In this document: positions 1 through 8,993 of the stretch, in pieces | How the letters are laid out: every line of letters starts with the position of its first letter | Numbering within the stretch: position 1 is the first letter of the stretch | Position numbers and translations under genes: made by a program | Notes under the pieces: model-generated | Database searches by the model: none | What the model saw: the letters and a program-made list of their open reading frames with translations, nothing else | What the model was told of the DNA's origin: nothing | Assembly (NCBI GenBank): GCA_049511835.1 | Contig: JBEKXN010000004.1 | Coordinates: 81,231 to 145,230, forward strand | Direction: 5' to 3' | Origin: Verrucomicrobiota bacterium | GTDB taxonomy: Bacteria > Verrucomicrobiota > Verrucomicrobiia > Limisphaerales > UBA11358 | Length of the DNA stretch: 64,000 nt

Positions 1-195
1 ATGGCCGGCAGGCTGGGACGTCATCACAAGGCGTTGGAATATGCCGACCGGGCTCTCGCGCTGGATCCGAAGCTGGTGGAAGCTTATCTGCACAAAGCCA
101 CCGCGGCGAAGGCCTTGAAGAAAATGGACGTCGTCCAAGAGATTTGCCACAAGCTGGCCACCATCGAACCGGAAAAATTCCGCCGCGGGGGCTGA
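1..195 (+). CDS. TPR-repeat protein, C-terminal fragment (5' end outside window)
   Basis: Frame is open at the window edge. ALEYADRALALDPKLVEAYLHKATA reads as a TPR-like helix pair. Confidence 0.4.
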   Translation: MAGRLGRHHKALEYADRALALDPKLVEAYLHKATAAKALKKMDVVQEICHKLATIEPEKFRRGG

Positions 196-240
196 ACCCG
201 GCAGCTTGTTTCGATACCGGCCATCAGATAATTTCACGCC

Positions 241-1458
241 GTGATTTACAACGCGTCGTTGGAGGAACTGCTGCAAAAAGTCTGGGACGGCCGGCGCATC
301 AACGCGGCCGAGGCGCTGCGGCTCTATCCTCTGCCGCTGGAGGAACTCGGCGCGCTCGCCGACCGCCGGCGCCAGCTCGCCAAGGCAAAGGATTACAATG
401 GGCGCGGCAACGAAATCGTCACCTACCAGATTGACCGCAATGTCAACTACACCAACGTCTGCAATGTCTATTGCAAATTCTGCGCGTTTTATCGCACCGA
501 AAAAGACGACGACGCTTACGTCATCACCTTCGATGAGATGGACCGCAAAATCGAGGAGACCGTTGCGCTGGGTGGCACGCAGATTTTGATGCAGGGCGGA
601 CATCACCCGAAACTGACCAAGCAGTGGTATCTCGATTTGCTTTCGCACATCAAAACGAAATTTCCACAGGTCAACATCCACGGATTCAGCCCGAGCGAGT
701 TCGTCCACTTCCGCGAGGTGTTCAACGAGCCGCTGGAGAAAATCATCGGCGATTTCATGAAGGCCGGGCTGGGCTCAATTCCCGGCGGCGGCGGGGAAAT
801 CCTCGTGGACCGCGTGCGCAAAAAAGTTTCGCCGCTCAAGACCATGAGCGACGACTGGCTCGAAGTCATGGATGTGGCCCACCGGCTCGGCTTGTATTCG
901 AGCGCCACGATGATGTTTGGGCACGTCGAGACGATTGAAGACCGCATCGAACATTTGGAACGGCTGCGGCAGCAGCAGGACAAATCACTGACTCGTGTTG
1001 ACGGAGTGCGGCCGTCCCCGGCCGCAGCGACTGTGAAATCGGCGGTAGGGCCAAAAATTTCAAAAGGTTCGCAGGCCGGCAACGTTGCTGTGGCCGGGAC
1101 GGCCACACTCCCCGGCCATTTCACCGCCTTCATCTGCTGGACGTTTCAGGCCGAGCACACGAAGCTCAAGGCGCCGACCGTCGGCGCGCATGAATATTTG
1201 CGGACGCAGGCGCTGGGCCGGATTTACCTCGATAATTTCACCAACGTCCAGAGTTCGTGGGTGACGCAGGGACAGGAAATTGGCCAGGTGGCGCTCAAAT
1301 TCGGCGCAAACGATCTCGGCAGCATCATGATCGAGGAAAATGTCGTATCCCAGGCCGGCACCACCTTCCGCATGACCGTGGCTGACATGCACCGGCTCAT
1401 CAAAGACATCGGCTACGAACCGCACCAGCGCGACAATTGGTATCGGCTGGTGAATTAA
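241..1458 (+). CDS. radical SAM menaquinone (futalosine pathway) enzyme, MqnC/MqnE family
   Basis: NYTNVCNVYCKFCAFYR contains a CX3CX2C cluster. ILMQGG, GFSPSEF and the C-terminal GYEPHQRDNWY are typical of the CofH/MqnC/MqnE family. GTG start. Confidence 0.75.
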   Translation: MIYNASLEELLQKVWDGRRINAAEALRLYPLPLEELGALADRRRQLAKAKDYNGRGNEIVTYQIDRNVNYTNVCNVYCKFCAFYRTEKDDDAYVITFDEMDRKIEETVALGGTQILMQGGHHPKLTKQWYLDLLSHIKTKFPQVNIHGFSPSEFVHFREVFNEPLEKIIGDFMKAGLGSIPGGGGEILVDRVRKKVSPLKTMSDDWLEVMDVAHRLGLYSSATMMFGHVETIEDRIEHLERLRQQQDKSLTRVDGVRPSPAAATVKSAVGPKISKGSQAGNVAVAGTATLPGHFTAFICWTFQAEHTKLKAPTVGAHEYLRTQALGRIYLDNFTNVQSSWVTQGQEIGQVALKFGANDLGSIMIEENVVSQAGTTFRMTVADMHRLIKDIGYEPHQRDNWYRLVN

Positions 1459-1573
1459 AGTAGCACCGGCCTCCGGCCTGTGTTTCTGGGCGTCTTCCCC
1501 AGGGAATTGTGAGCATTTTTTGCGGGACACCGTCTAATGAATCAGTTATGCCATACAACCCACCAAACCAGTT

Positions 1574-3052
1574 ATGAAAATACTCGCTTCCTTGCTTTCC
1601 CTCGGCGCGGCGATGACGCTCGCCGCCTTCGCCCAGCCGGCGCTGACCATCTACAACCAGGACTTTGCCGTCGTGCGCGACACCGTCCCGCTCGACCTCA
1701 AATCCGGCGTCAATAATGTCCGTTATGCCGACGCCACGGCGCGTGTGGAGCCGGACTCGGTCATTTTGCGCGACCCGGCTGGAAAACATTCACTCCAGAT
1801 CTGGGAGCAAAATTACCGTAACGACCCCATCACGCAGGAACTGCTGCTATCGCTGTTCGAGGGCAAGACGATTGATTTTCAAAACATCCGCCTGAAGGAT
1901 AACACGCAGTCGCGCGAACTCATTCCGGGCAAGGTCATCCGCAGCGGCTATGTGCCGGGCGGTGCGGGGATAAATCCTTACAACGGCTTGCCCAGCGGTG
2001 GCTCGGAACAGCCCATCATCGAGGTGAACGGCAAATTGCAGTTCACTCTGCCCGGAACCCCGCTGTTTCCCGATCTGGGCGATGACACTGTGCTCAAACC
2101 GACGCTGAACTGGCTGTTGCAATCCGACAAGCCGGGCAAGTTTGACGCCGAGGTCAGCTACATCACCGGCGGATTCACCTGGGAGGCGGATTACAACCTG
2201 GTCTCGCCGGAAAAGGGCGACACGGTGGATTTGATCGGCTGGGTGACGATGAACAACCAGAGCGGCAAGACGTTCCGCGACGCCAAAATCAAATTGATGG
2301 CCGGTGACGTGAACAAGATTCAGCCGCGCAATTATCCGGCCATGGCTGGGCGGATGATGAAAGCCATGGACATGGAAGAAACTACGCCTGCTGTGACCGA
2401 AAAAGCGTTTGACGAGTTTCATCTTTACTCGTTGGCGCGGCCCACGACGTTGCGCGATCGCGAAACCAAACAGGTGGAGTTCGTCCGCGCCACGGAAGTG
2501 AAAGCGCCAACCATTTACGTTTATGACGGTGTGGAATCAGGCTACCGCTTTTACGGCGGGTTGAACAGCGACCGCGGTTACGGCACACAGTGCAACAAGA
2601 AAGTCCGGGTGATGCGCGAATTCGTGAACGCGGAGACGAATCATCTCGGCATCGCGCTGCCCAAGGGCAAGCTGCGGTTTTATCGGCGTGACGCCGACAG
2701 CCAGATGGAATTTACAGGCGAGGACATGATTGACCACACGCCGCGCAACGAGACCATCCGCGTGACCACCGGCAACGCCTTCGACCTCGTCGGCGAGCGC
2801 GAGCAGACGAATTTCCGCGTGGACACGGGCGACAAATGGCTGGACGAAACGTTCGAGATCAAGCTGCGCAACCGCAAAAAGGAGCCGGTGGAAATCCGCG
2901 TGGTCGAGCATCTCTACCGCTGGAGCAGTTGGGACATCACGGCCAAGTCAGACGACTTCAAGAAGACCGATGCCCAGACCATCGAGTTCCGCGTGCCGGT
3001 GAAACCCGACGAGGAGCGCACGGTGACTTACACGGTGCATTACTCGTGGTAG
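1574..3052 (+). CDS. DUF4139-type secreted protein (mucoidy inhibitor MuiA-like family)
   Basis: Signal peptide MKILASLLSLGAAMTLAAFA. The N-terminal LTIYNQDFAVVRDTVPLDLKSGVNNVRYADATARVEPDSV matches the DUF4140/DUF4139 pattern. Confidence 0.6.
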   Translation: MKILASLLSLGAAMTLAAFAQPALTIYNQDFAVVRDTVPLDLKSGVNNVRYADATARVEPDSVILRDPAGKHSLQIWEQNYRNDPITQELLLSLFEGKTIDFQNIRLKDNTQSRELIPGKVIRSGYVPGGAGINPYNGLPSGGSEQPIIEVNGKLQFTLPGTPLFPDLGDDTVLKPTLNWLLQSDKPGKFDAEVSYITGGFTWEADYNLVSPEKGDTVDLIGWVTMNNQSGKTFRDAKIKLMAGDVNKIQPRNYPAMAGRMMKAMDMEETTPAVTEKAFDEFHLYSLARPTTLRDRETKQVEFVRATEVKAPTIYVYDGVESGYRFYGGLNSDRGYGTQCNKKVRVMREFVNAETNHLGIALPKGKLRFYRRDADSQMEFTGEDMIDHTPRNETIRVTTGNAFDLVGEREQTNFRVDTGDKWLDETFEIKLRNRKKEPVEIRVVEHLYRWSSWDITAKSDDFKKTDAQTIEFRVPVKPDEERTVTYTVHYSW

Positions 3053-3110
3053 CGGAAATTCACGCCTTGGCGCGACCGGACAATTTGGGGCGAGTTTTCA
3101 AAATACGGAG

Positions 3111-3130
3111 TGTGGCCGTCCTCGGCCACA
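3111..3130 (+). terminator. 8-bp stem hairpin downstream of the DUF4139 gene (terminator or REP-like)
   Basis: tgtggccg-tcct-cggccaca followed by gttctgttc. A second hairpin, gcgcccg-ggga-cgggcgc, lies about 70 nt further on. Confidence 0.35.
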
Positions 3131-3217
3131 GTTCTGTTCGGCAACGACCGGTTTCCGTAATTTAAAGTCTCTTGACTGACGGAAGTTGCTGCGCCCGGGG
3201 ACGGGCGCGCTCCGGCA

Positions 3218-4399
3218 GTGCGGTTTGACGTTTTTGAAAACACGCCACGTTTTTTCACGCCGGCCCAAAAGGAGCTTGCTCCAAGGTTTTGGGAACAAGC
3301 AAACTGTGCCGTGGCCAATCCGCCAACATCGCGGTCCATCCGCAATCCGAAGACGCGTTTCAACTGGCGCGTTAGCGATTTCATCCGCCGGCTGATGGTC
3401 TGGTGGTTTGAACTCCGCGCGCGAATAACCGGCCGCGGTTATTATTGCACCACGCTGGCCGGGCTGGACGATTACAACATCACCGTCAATTCCGACCTGA
3501 CGGTTTCCTGTTGTTGCCAGGATTACGACGGCAGCGCCCACATCGGCGACCTGCGCCAAAACACGTTTGAGGAAATTTTTTTCGGGCCGGTGGCGCAGCG
3601 GTTTCGCGACGAGCAGGCGAAAGGGAAAATTCCGATTTCCACCTGCGTGCGTTGCACCATCCAGCGCCTGCCCAAGGGCGGCTCGGCACCCAAACCACAA
3701 TTGCCCCACCGCGGGATGTTGCTGGAGAACACCGTGCTTTGTAATGTGGACTGCATCGGCTGCGCGCGCGAAGGCGCAGCGGCCATTCGTTCGAACAAAC
3801 GAATGCCCCTGGAGGAACTCAGCCGGATGGCCGACCTGGTGCATCAGCTCAAGATGGAGAAATTGTTTTACCTGAACCTCGGCGAGCCGTTCTTGTCGCC
3901 GACCATTAATCAGGAGCTGCCCTTGTTGCGCGCGAAAAATCCCGACTGCTGGATTCTGGTTTCAACGAACGGCATTCTGTTGAACACCGATGCCAAGCGC
4001 GAAGCGGCGTTGAGCCTGAGCCACATCCTTTTTTCCGTCCACGGCGTCAGCGACGAGATGAGCGCGAAATACATGCTGGAGGGCAGCTTTGAAAAAGCCC
4101 ACGCCGCGATGAGGGAAATGGTGGCTTATCGCGACGCCCGCGGCCTGAAAGCGCCGGTGCTGGAATGGAAATATCTTTTGTTCAACTGGAACGACCAGCC
4201 GAAGGCGATCCGGCGTGCCATCGAAATGGCAAAAGAAATCGGCATGGACATCATTTCGTTCTGGCCGACACACAACCCGTTTTACGGCATGTCGTGGCGG
4301 TATCATCTCGGCCGGATGAACCACATCGGCGTCAAATGCTGGAAAGGGCGGGAAGTGATTCTCCGGCCGGACAACGTCGTCACGAAGCGGTTCCATTGA
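3218..4399 (+). CDS. radical SAM enzyme with an N-terminally placed SPASM/twitch-like Cys cluster
   Basis: CNVDCIGCAR is a CX3CX2C motif followed by a TIM-barrel-like core (LNLGEPFL, STNGILL). The upstream segment is VSCCCQDYDGSAHIGDLRQNTFEEIFFGP...STCVRC. GTG start; the true start is uncertain. Confidence 0.6.
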   Translation: MRFDVFENTPRFFTPAQKELAPRFWEQANCAVANPPTSRSIRNPKTRFNWRVSDFIRRLMVWWFELRARITGRGYYCTTLAGLDDYNITVNSDLTVSCCCQDYDGSAHIGDLRQNTFEEIFFGPVAQRFRDEQAKGKIPISTCVRCTIQRLPKGGSAPKPQLPHRGMLLENTVLCNVDCIGCAREGAAAIRSNKRMPLEELSRMADLVHQLKMEKLFYLNLGEPFLSPTINQELPLLRAKNPDCWILVSTNGILLNTDAKREAALSLSHILFSVHGVSDEMSAKYMLEGSFEKAHAAMREMVAYRDARGLKAPVLEWKYLLFNWNDQPKAIRRAIEMAKEIGMDIISFWPTHNPFYGMSWRYHLGRMNHIGVKCWKGREVILRPDNVVTKRFH

Positions 4400-4501
4400 T
4401 GTCCTCCGGCGTTCGCCTGCCGCGGGCAGTTCCCGGCGAAATGAGCCTCGACGCCGCCGGGAAAGTCTGCGATGTAATGGCCGAGTTTTACGGAAACAAA
4501 A

Positions 4502-5233
4502 ATGCCCGAAACGCCTGAACTCAGCTTCGTCATTCCCTGTTACAACGAGGAGGGGAATCTGATGGCGCTCATCACGGCGGTCCGCGAGGCGGTGGAGCCG
4601 CTCAAGCGGTCTTATGAGGTCGTCATCACCGACGATTGCAGCCGGGACCGGACGTGGGAACTCCTCAAACACCTCGCGGGGGGCGACCCGCGCATCCGCG
4701 TCCAGCGGTTCGCGTTCAACTGCGGGCAGTCCGCGGCGTTGTGGGCGGGCATGCAGGCGGCGCGCGGCCGGGTCATCGTCACCCTCGATGCCGATTTGCA
4801 GAACGACCCGCGCGACCTGCCGAAATTGCTGGCGGCGCTCGAAAAATTCGACTGCGCCTGCGGCACGCGGGTGGAAGCGCGCCGCCAGGTTGACGGGTTC
4901 ATCAAGGCCACATCGTCCCGGATTGCCAACTGGGTGCGCAACGTGTTGTCCGGCGAAAAGATCAGCGACGCGGGTTGTTGCTACCGGGCATTCAAACGCG
5001 AGTGCATCGCGAACCTGAAATTTTTCAAGGGAATGCATCGCTTCATGCCGACCCTGTTCAAGATCGAAGGGTTCACCGTGACCGAGGTTCCCATCGCGGC
5101 CAACCGTCGCCATGCCGGCCGGAGCCACTACGGCATTTGGAACCGGCTGTTCGTGTCGTTCCACGATTTGCTTGCCGTGCGTTGGATGAAGAAGCGCATG
5201 TTCAAGTACAAAATTGCCGAGAAAGTCAACTGA
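4502..5233 (+). CDS. family 2 glycosyltransferase (polyprenyl-phosphate sugar transferase, DPM1/ArnC-like)
   Basis: LSFVIPCYNEEGNL, VVITDDCSRD and LDADLQNDP are GT2 signatures. Confidence 0.8.
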   Translation: MPETPELSFVIPCYNEEGNLMALITAVREAVEPLKRSYEVVITDDCSRDRTWELLKHLAGGDPRIRVQRFAFNCGQSAALWAGMQAARGRVIVTLDADLQNDPRDLPKLLAALEKFDCACGTRVEARRQVDGFIKATSSRIANWVRNVLSGEKISDAGCCYRAFKRECIANLKFFKGMHRFMPTLFKIEGFTVTEVPIAANRRHAGRSHYGIWNRLFVSFHDLLAVRWMKKRMFKYKIAEKVN

Positions 5234-5260
5234 TCCGCCGCGCCTTCGCGGGGCCTGCCC

Positions 5261-5593
5261 ATGCAGCGATTGTCCATTCAATGCCTCAACGTCGCCCTGC
5301 TGGTGCTGATTTTCATCGGCCTGCCGGCGGCCACCCGGGCACAGTTGGGGAACTGGCACATTTCCCCGGCCTGGCAATCCCAGTGGTTGATGTTCTGGGG
5401 GCTAGCGCTTGCCGCCGCCGGAAACCTGGTCGCCGCGCTGGGGCTGATCAAGGGCCGCAAAGAACGGAAATTATGCTGGGAATGGACGGCGGTTTTTATC
5501 GGGCTGCTGTTCGTTCAATACGCATACCTCCGCGGCTATTTCAACTTCAACTGGCTGAAGCAAATGCTGTTGTGGTTTCGAAAACACTTCTAA
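5261..5593 (+). CDS. small integral membrane protein, unknown function
   Basis: 110 aa with about 3 hydrophobic helices, directly downstream of the GT2. Confidence 0.4.
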   Translation: MQRLSIQCLNVALLVLIFIGLPAATRAQLGNWHISPAWQSQWLMFWGLALAAAGNLVAALGLIKGRKERKLCWEWTAVFIGLLFVQYAYLRGYFNFNWLKQMLLWFRKHF

Positions 5594-5788
5594 CCAGCCT
5601 CCCGGCCGGCGGCGATTTTTACAAACCGGAGTCGGCAAAACGCTTTTCTGACATTATTTTTTGAAAACCCCACCTTTTATACTGGAAAAACGGTGAATTC
5701 TTATGCAAGGTTCGTTGTCTGTTTAGGTTGCCGAAGTTATGCAAAAATTTGGATGGCAAAAGAATGGCTCGTAACTGAAAGAATTTTT

Positions 5789-8026
5789 ATGGAAGTGATT
5801 GCTGGAACAAAATCCACGCCGGGATTGCAAACCCTTCCCGGTGACGACGTCCGCCAGATCATGTGGCGTTTCGCCGACCGCTACGAATTGCACATGCTCG
5901 TGCAGGCCAGCCGCGCCGTGGCGCGCGGGCCGGTCGCCCGCGTCGTCGCGGCCGGCGGACGCAACTCACACGAGTGGACGCCCGCGAAAGCGGCGCTGCT
6001 TCAACACTTCGACGAGAGCGGCATCACCGCCGCGGCCTTGGACCCGGAAGAGGGCGGCTTCATCGCCGGGCCGAAGAACCTCGCGCTGGCGCTGGTGGCG
6101 TTCGAACTTTCGTGGGTGGACGCCGGGGCAGCCACGTGCAGCCTGGCGGGTAATCTGGGTCTGGCACCGATTCATGAGCGCGGAACGCCGGAGCAGCGCG
6201 CCAAATACGTCGGCGGCGCCGCGCCGCTCAAGCCGGGGGAGAATCGCAAGCAGGTCCGCGCCGCCTTTGCGCTTACCGAACCGATCCCATTTGCCGGGGT
6301 GGAGACCGGAATGCTCGCCGGCAAGGTTCGCGTGGCCGAGTGGAAGGGCGGCCAGGAGCCGATGCTGCAAGTGGACAAGCGCGGGCGATTCATCACCAAC
6401 ATGGGTTTCGCCAACGTCGTGACCGCCGCCGTGGATTCCGACGACAAACGCATCAAGGGCAGCTGCATGATCATCCTTGAGGAAGGCGACCCCGGAATTT
6501 GGGATCGGGGCACGCCGACCAAGAAGCTCGTCCACCAGCTTTCCTCGACCAACGATCCCGTCTTCAACCTCAAGGTGCCGGCCAGCCGCATCGTCGGCGG
6601 TTACACGATCAAGAACGGCATCATCGTCCCGAATTATTCGAACAGCGACGTCATCGAAGCGGTCTTTCGCCGCACCCGGGTCACCGTCGGGCTGATGACC
6701 GCCGCAAAACTGCTTTCCGCCGTCGAGCCGGTGATTCTTTATCAGCGCCGCCGTTTCCGTGGTGGCGAAGGCGCGCCCGGCACGCCGCGCTACGAACTCG
6801 GTTTGCAGCAAAAGGAAGACGGGTTGCATCGCCTCGTGGACGTCTGGGCCGCCGGCGAGGCGAGCGCTTCGCTCGGTTTCGAGGCCGCGCGGTTGTTCGA
6901 CGTGCTCGATCCGCTGGAAAAACAAAAGGACCAGTTGCTGGCCGAAAGAAAACTCACCGGCCGTGCCGCGCTCAAGGAATTGGCGGCGAAACAAAAGGCC
7001 GCGCTGGAGCTGCTTCAGATCACCTCCCAATCCGTTGGTGAACGGGAATTGAAGCGCCAGGAAGAACTTGAAACCGACCTGCTCGTTCAATTCGTCAAAC
7101 TCGACTCGCTCGCCAGCGTCCTTTGCCCGGCGTGCAAGCTTTGGAACACCGGCCACGGCGCGACCATGATGCGCGAAGCGGTCAGCCTCATGGGCGGCTA
7201 CGGGGTCACGGAAGATTGCCCCGGCTTCCTCGGCCAGAAGTGGATGGACGCGCAGCTCGAAGCCACCTACGAAGGCCCCGAAGCCGTGCAGCGCCTGCAG
7301 CTTTCCATCACGATGACCAACGAGCTGTTCCTCGCCCAATTCGAGCAGTGGATTCTGGAAATGCGGCGCATCGCCTCCGACCGGCCCGGCACCGGCGCCT
7401 GCACGCTCGCCAGCGCCATGCAACTCTGGCTCTGGACGCTCAATCATATGCTGGAAGCCAGGGATGCCGATGGCGAGAAGCTCTACCATAAGGCGCGCCA
7501 GGGCGTGACTTTCCCGCTGGCCGATGCGCTGTGCTGGTTGCTCGCCGCGCGGCAATTCATCCTGGACGTCATCGAACTGGAAACAAAAGGCGCCGCGAAT
7601 CCCGTGCTCGCCGATGATCTGGCCGGCACGGTGGGTTTTTTCATGGACCTTTGCCACGTGCAATGCGCGCGCGCCGCCGGCGAAGTCGGTCGCATCTGCG
7701 CTGAACTCGTTCACGGTTACAATCGTCATCCGGCGTGGGATGAAACCAGCAGCCATGTCTGCTATTGCGCCGCGGAACTCGAGTCGCTCGAAGGACTCAT
7801 CCCCGGCATGGATAGTTCTGCCCGCGCCTACTCGGATGTGTTGGAAGAAGGCGGGTCGCACCCGCTGAAGGCCGGCCCGTGCGTGAAGTTTGCCGGACTC
7901 GAAACCTTCACGCGCCTGCGCGCGAAGCTGGACGGCTGCCTCACCGGCAGCCGTCTCGCCAAGGACCGCGCCGCCGAGGCGTTGACCAAGGTGATGACCC
8001 GCGAAGCACTGGATTATCCGGTGTAG
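5789..8026 (+). CDS. large acyl-CoA dehydrogenase family protein (about 745 aa)
   Basis: FALTEPIPFAGVE matches the ACAD motif. Middle beta-domain and C-terminal helical domains are present. ATG at 5789 chosen; the ORF is open from 5693. Confidence 0.7.
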   Translation: MEVIAGTKSTPGLQTLPGDDVRQIMWRFADRYELHMLVQASRAVARGPVARVVAAGGRNSHEWTPAKAALLQHFDESGITAAALDPEEGGFIAGPKNLALALVAFELSWVDAGAATCSLAGNLGLAPIHERGTPEQRAKYVGGAAPLKPGENRKQVRAAFALTEPIPFAGVETGMLAGKVRVAEWKGGQEPMLQVDKRGRFITNMGFANVVTAAVDSDDKRIKGSCMIILEEGDPGIWDRGTPTKKLVHQLSSTNDPVFNLKVPASRIVGGYTIKNGIIVPNYSNSDVIEAVFRRTRVTVGLMTAAKLLSAVEPVILYQRRRFRGGEGAPGTPRYELGLQQKEDGLHRLVDVWAAGEASASLGFEAARLFDVLDPLEKQKDQLLAERKLTGRAALKELAAKQKAALELLQITSQSVGERELKRQEELETDLLVQFVKLDSLASVLCPACKLWNTGHGATMMREAVSLMGGYGVTEDCPGFLGQKWMDAQLEATYEGPEAVQRLQLSITMTNELFLAQFEQWILEMRRIASDRPGTGACTLASAMQLWLWTLNHMLEARDADGEKLYHKARQGVTFPLADALCWLLAARQFILDVIELETKGAANPVLADDLAGTVGFFMDLCHVQCARAAGEVGRICAELVHGYNRHPAWDETSSHVCYCAAELESLEGLIPGMDSSARAYSDVLEEGGSHPLKAGPCVKFAGLETFTRLRAKLDGCLTGSRLAKDRAAEALTKVMTREALDYPV

Positions 8027-8117
8027 CCAGCGCTTTTGGTTTGATGTTGCAAATGGCCACCTCACAGGAGGCGGGTGGAGACGGGAATTACCAATTCCCG
8101 GGCGAAAGCCCCAAGCT

Positions 8118-8215
8118 CTAAACCATAATGACTAAAAAATGCTCCAATAACCAAACCCGCTTCCTGTGCGCATTCGAGCTTCGAGCTTGGAAATTCCTTC
8201 GTCATTATGGTTTAG
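8118..8215. repeat. 15-bp perfect inverted repeat with 68-nt spacer (MITE- or REP-like)
   Basis: ctaaaccataatgac at 8118-8132 and gtcattatggtttag at 8201-8215. The spacer contains a gagcttc gagcttg duplication. Confidence 0.5.
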
Positions 8216-8315
8216 GAATTAGTCATTCCGCGGAGCCGCTTGATTTGGTCATTTATCATCCAATGGAATGATGCGCCTTCGCGTTCGGTTGTGAAATTGC
8301 CTGCCCGTGAATCGA

Positions 8316-8344
8316 TTGACACCTTTTCGCGCGCGGCCTATGCT
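8316..8344 (+). promoter_or_regulatory. sigma70-like promoter for the ACT-domain gene
   Basis: TTGACA (8316-8321), 17-nt spacer, TATGCT (8339-8344). An AAAGGAG RBS lies just upstream of the ATG at 8398. Confidence 0.45.
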
Positions 8345-8397
8345 CGCCATCGTTGCTGTAAAAGGTCTTTGGCAATGAATGAAAGGAGTCTGATTCT

Positions 8398-8814
8398 ATG
8401 AAAGCACAACGAGTGGATACCTGGGCGGTTTCAATTGCGGACAAACCCGGCGCTTTGGCGGCCAAACTCAAGACGCTGTCAGCGGCGGGCGTGAACCTCG
8501 AATTCCTCATCGCGCGGCGCGCGCCCGAGAAGCCCCGCACGGGCGTCATCTTCGTCACACCCATCAAGGGACTGAAACAGTGCGGTGCGGCCGGGGCCGC
8601 GGGATTCAAAAAGGCCCGGAACCTGCATACGGTGCGGATCGAAGGACCCGACAGGCGCGGACTAGGCGCGAAACTCGCGCAAGCGCTGGCCGCGAAAGGG
8701 CTGAACCTGCGCGGCATGTCGGCGGCGGCCATCGGAAAGAAATTTGTCTGCCACATCTCCGTGGATAGCGAAGCCGACGCCACAAAGGTGATGCGCGTGG
8801 TAAAAGGCCTGTAA
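8398..8814 (+). CDS. ACT-domain (amino-acid-binding) protein
   Basis: VSIADKPGALAAKLKTLSAAGVNLEF and a second ACT-like half. Confidence 0.5.
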   Translation: MKAQRVDTWAVSIADKPGALAAKLKTLSAAGVNLEFLIARRAPEKPRTGVIFVTPIKGLKQCGAAGAAGFKKARNLHTVRIEGPDRRGLGAKLAQALAAKGLNLRGMSAAAIGKKFVCHISVDSEADATKVMRVVKGL

Positions 8815-8993
8815 TAGCCGTGTGACCTAAAAAATGTTGAAAAGTGTTTCGGTCGGAGGGGCGAGTTCCACGAGCCCCCATTCTATCGCCGTATCTTTGT
8901 CGTTCACAATAAAGCGGATTGCTTTTGTTGGCCGTCCTAGTAATCAGTTCGCCCGTGACTGAAACAATCCCGCCATCAATTGAGCGCCAGCGC

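Noticed and set aside
5966-8065. 699-aa ORF on the minus strand opposite the acyl-CoA dehydrogenase. Similar long antisense ORFs occur at 3962..5377, 8976..10427, 12855..15290, 29071..30552, 35000..36490 and 48871..50064.
   Set aside because: These are typical shadow ORFs of high-GC DNA. Their translations are Arg/Gly/Ala/Pro-rich with no recognisable motifs, while the opposite strand carries clear family signatures.
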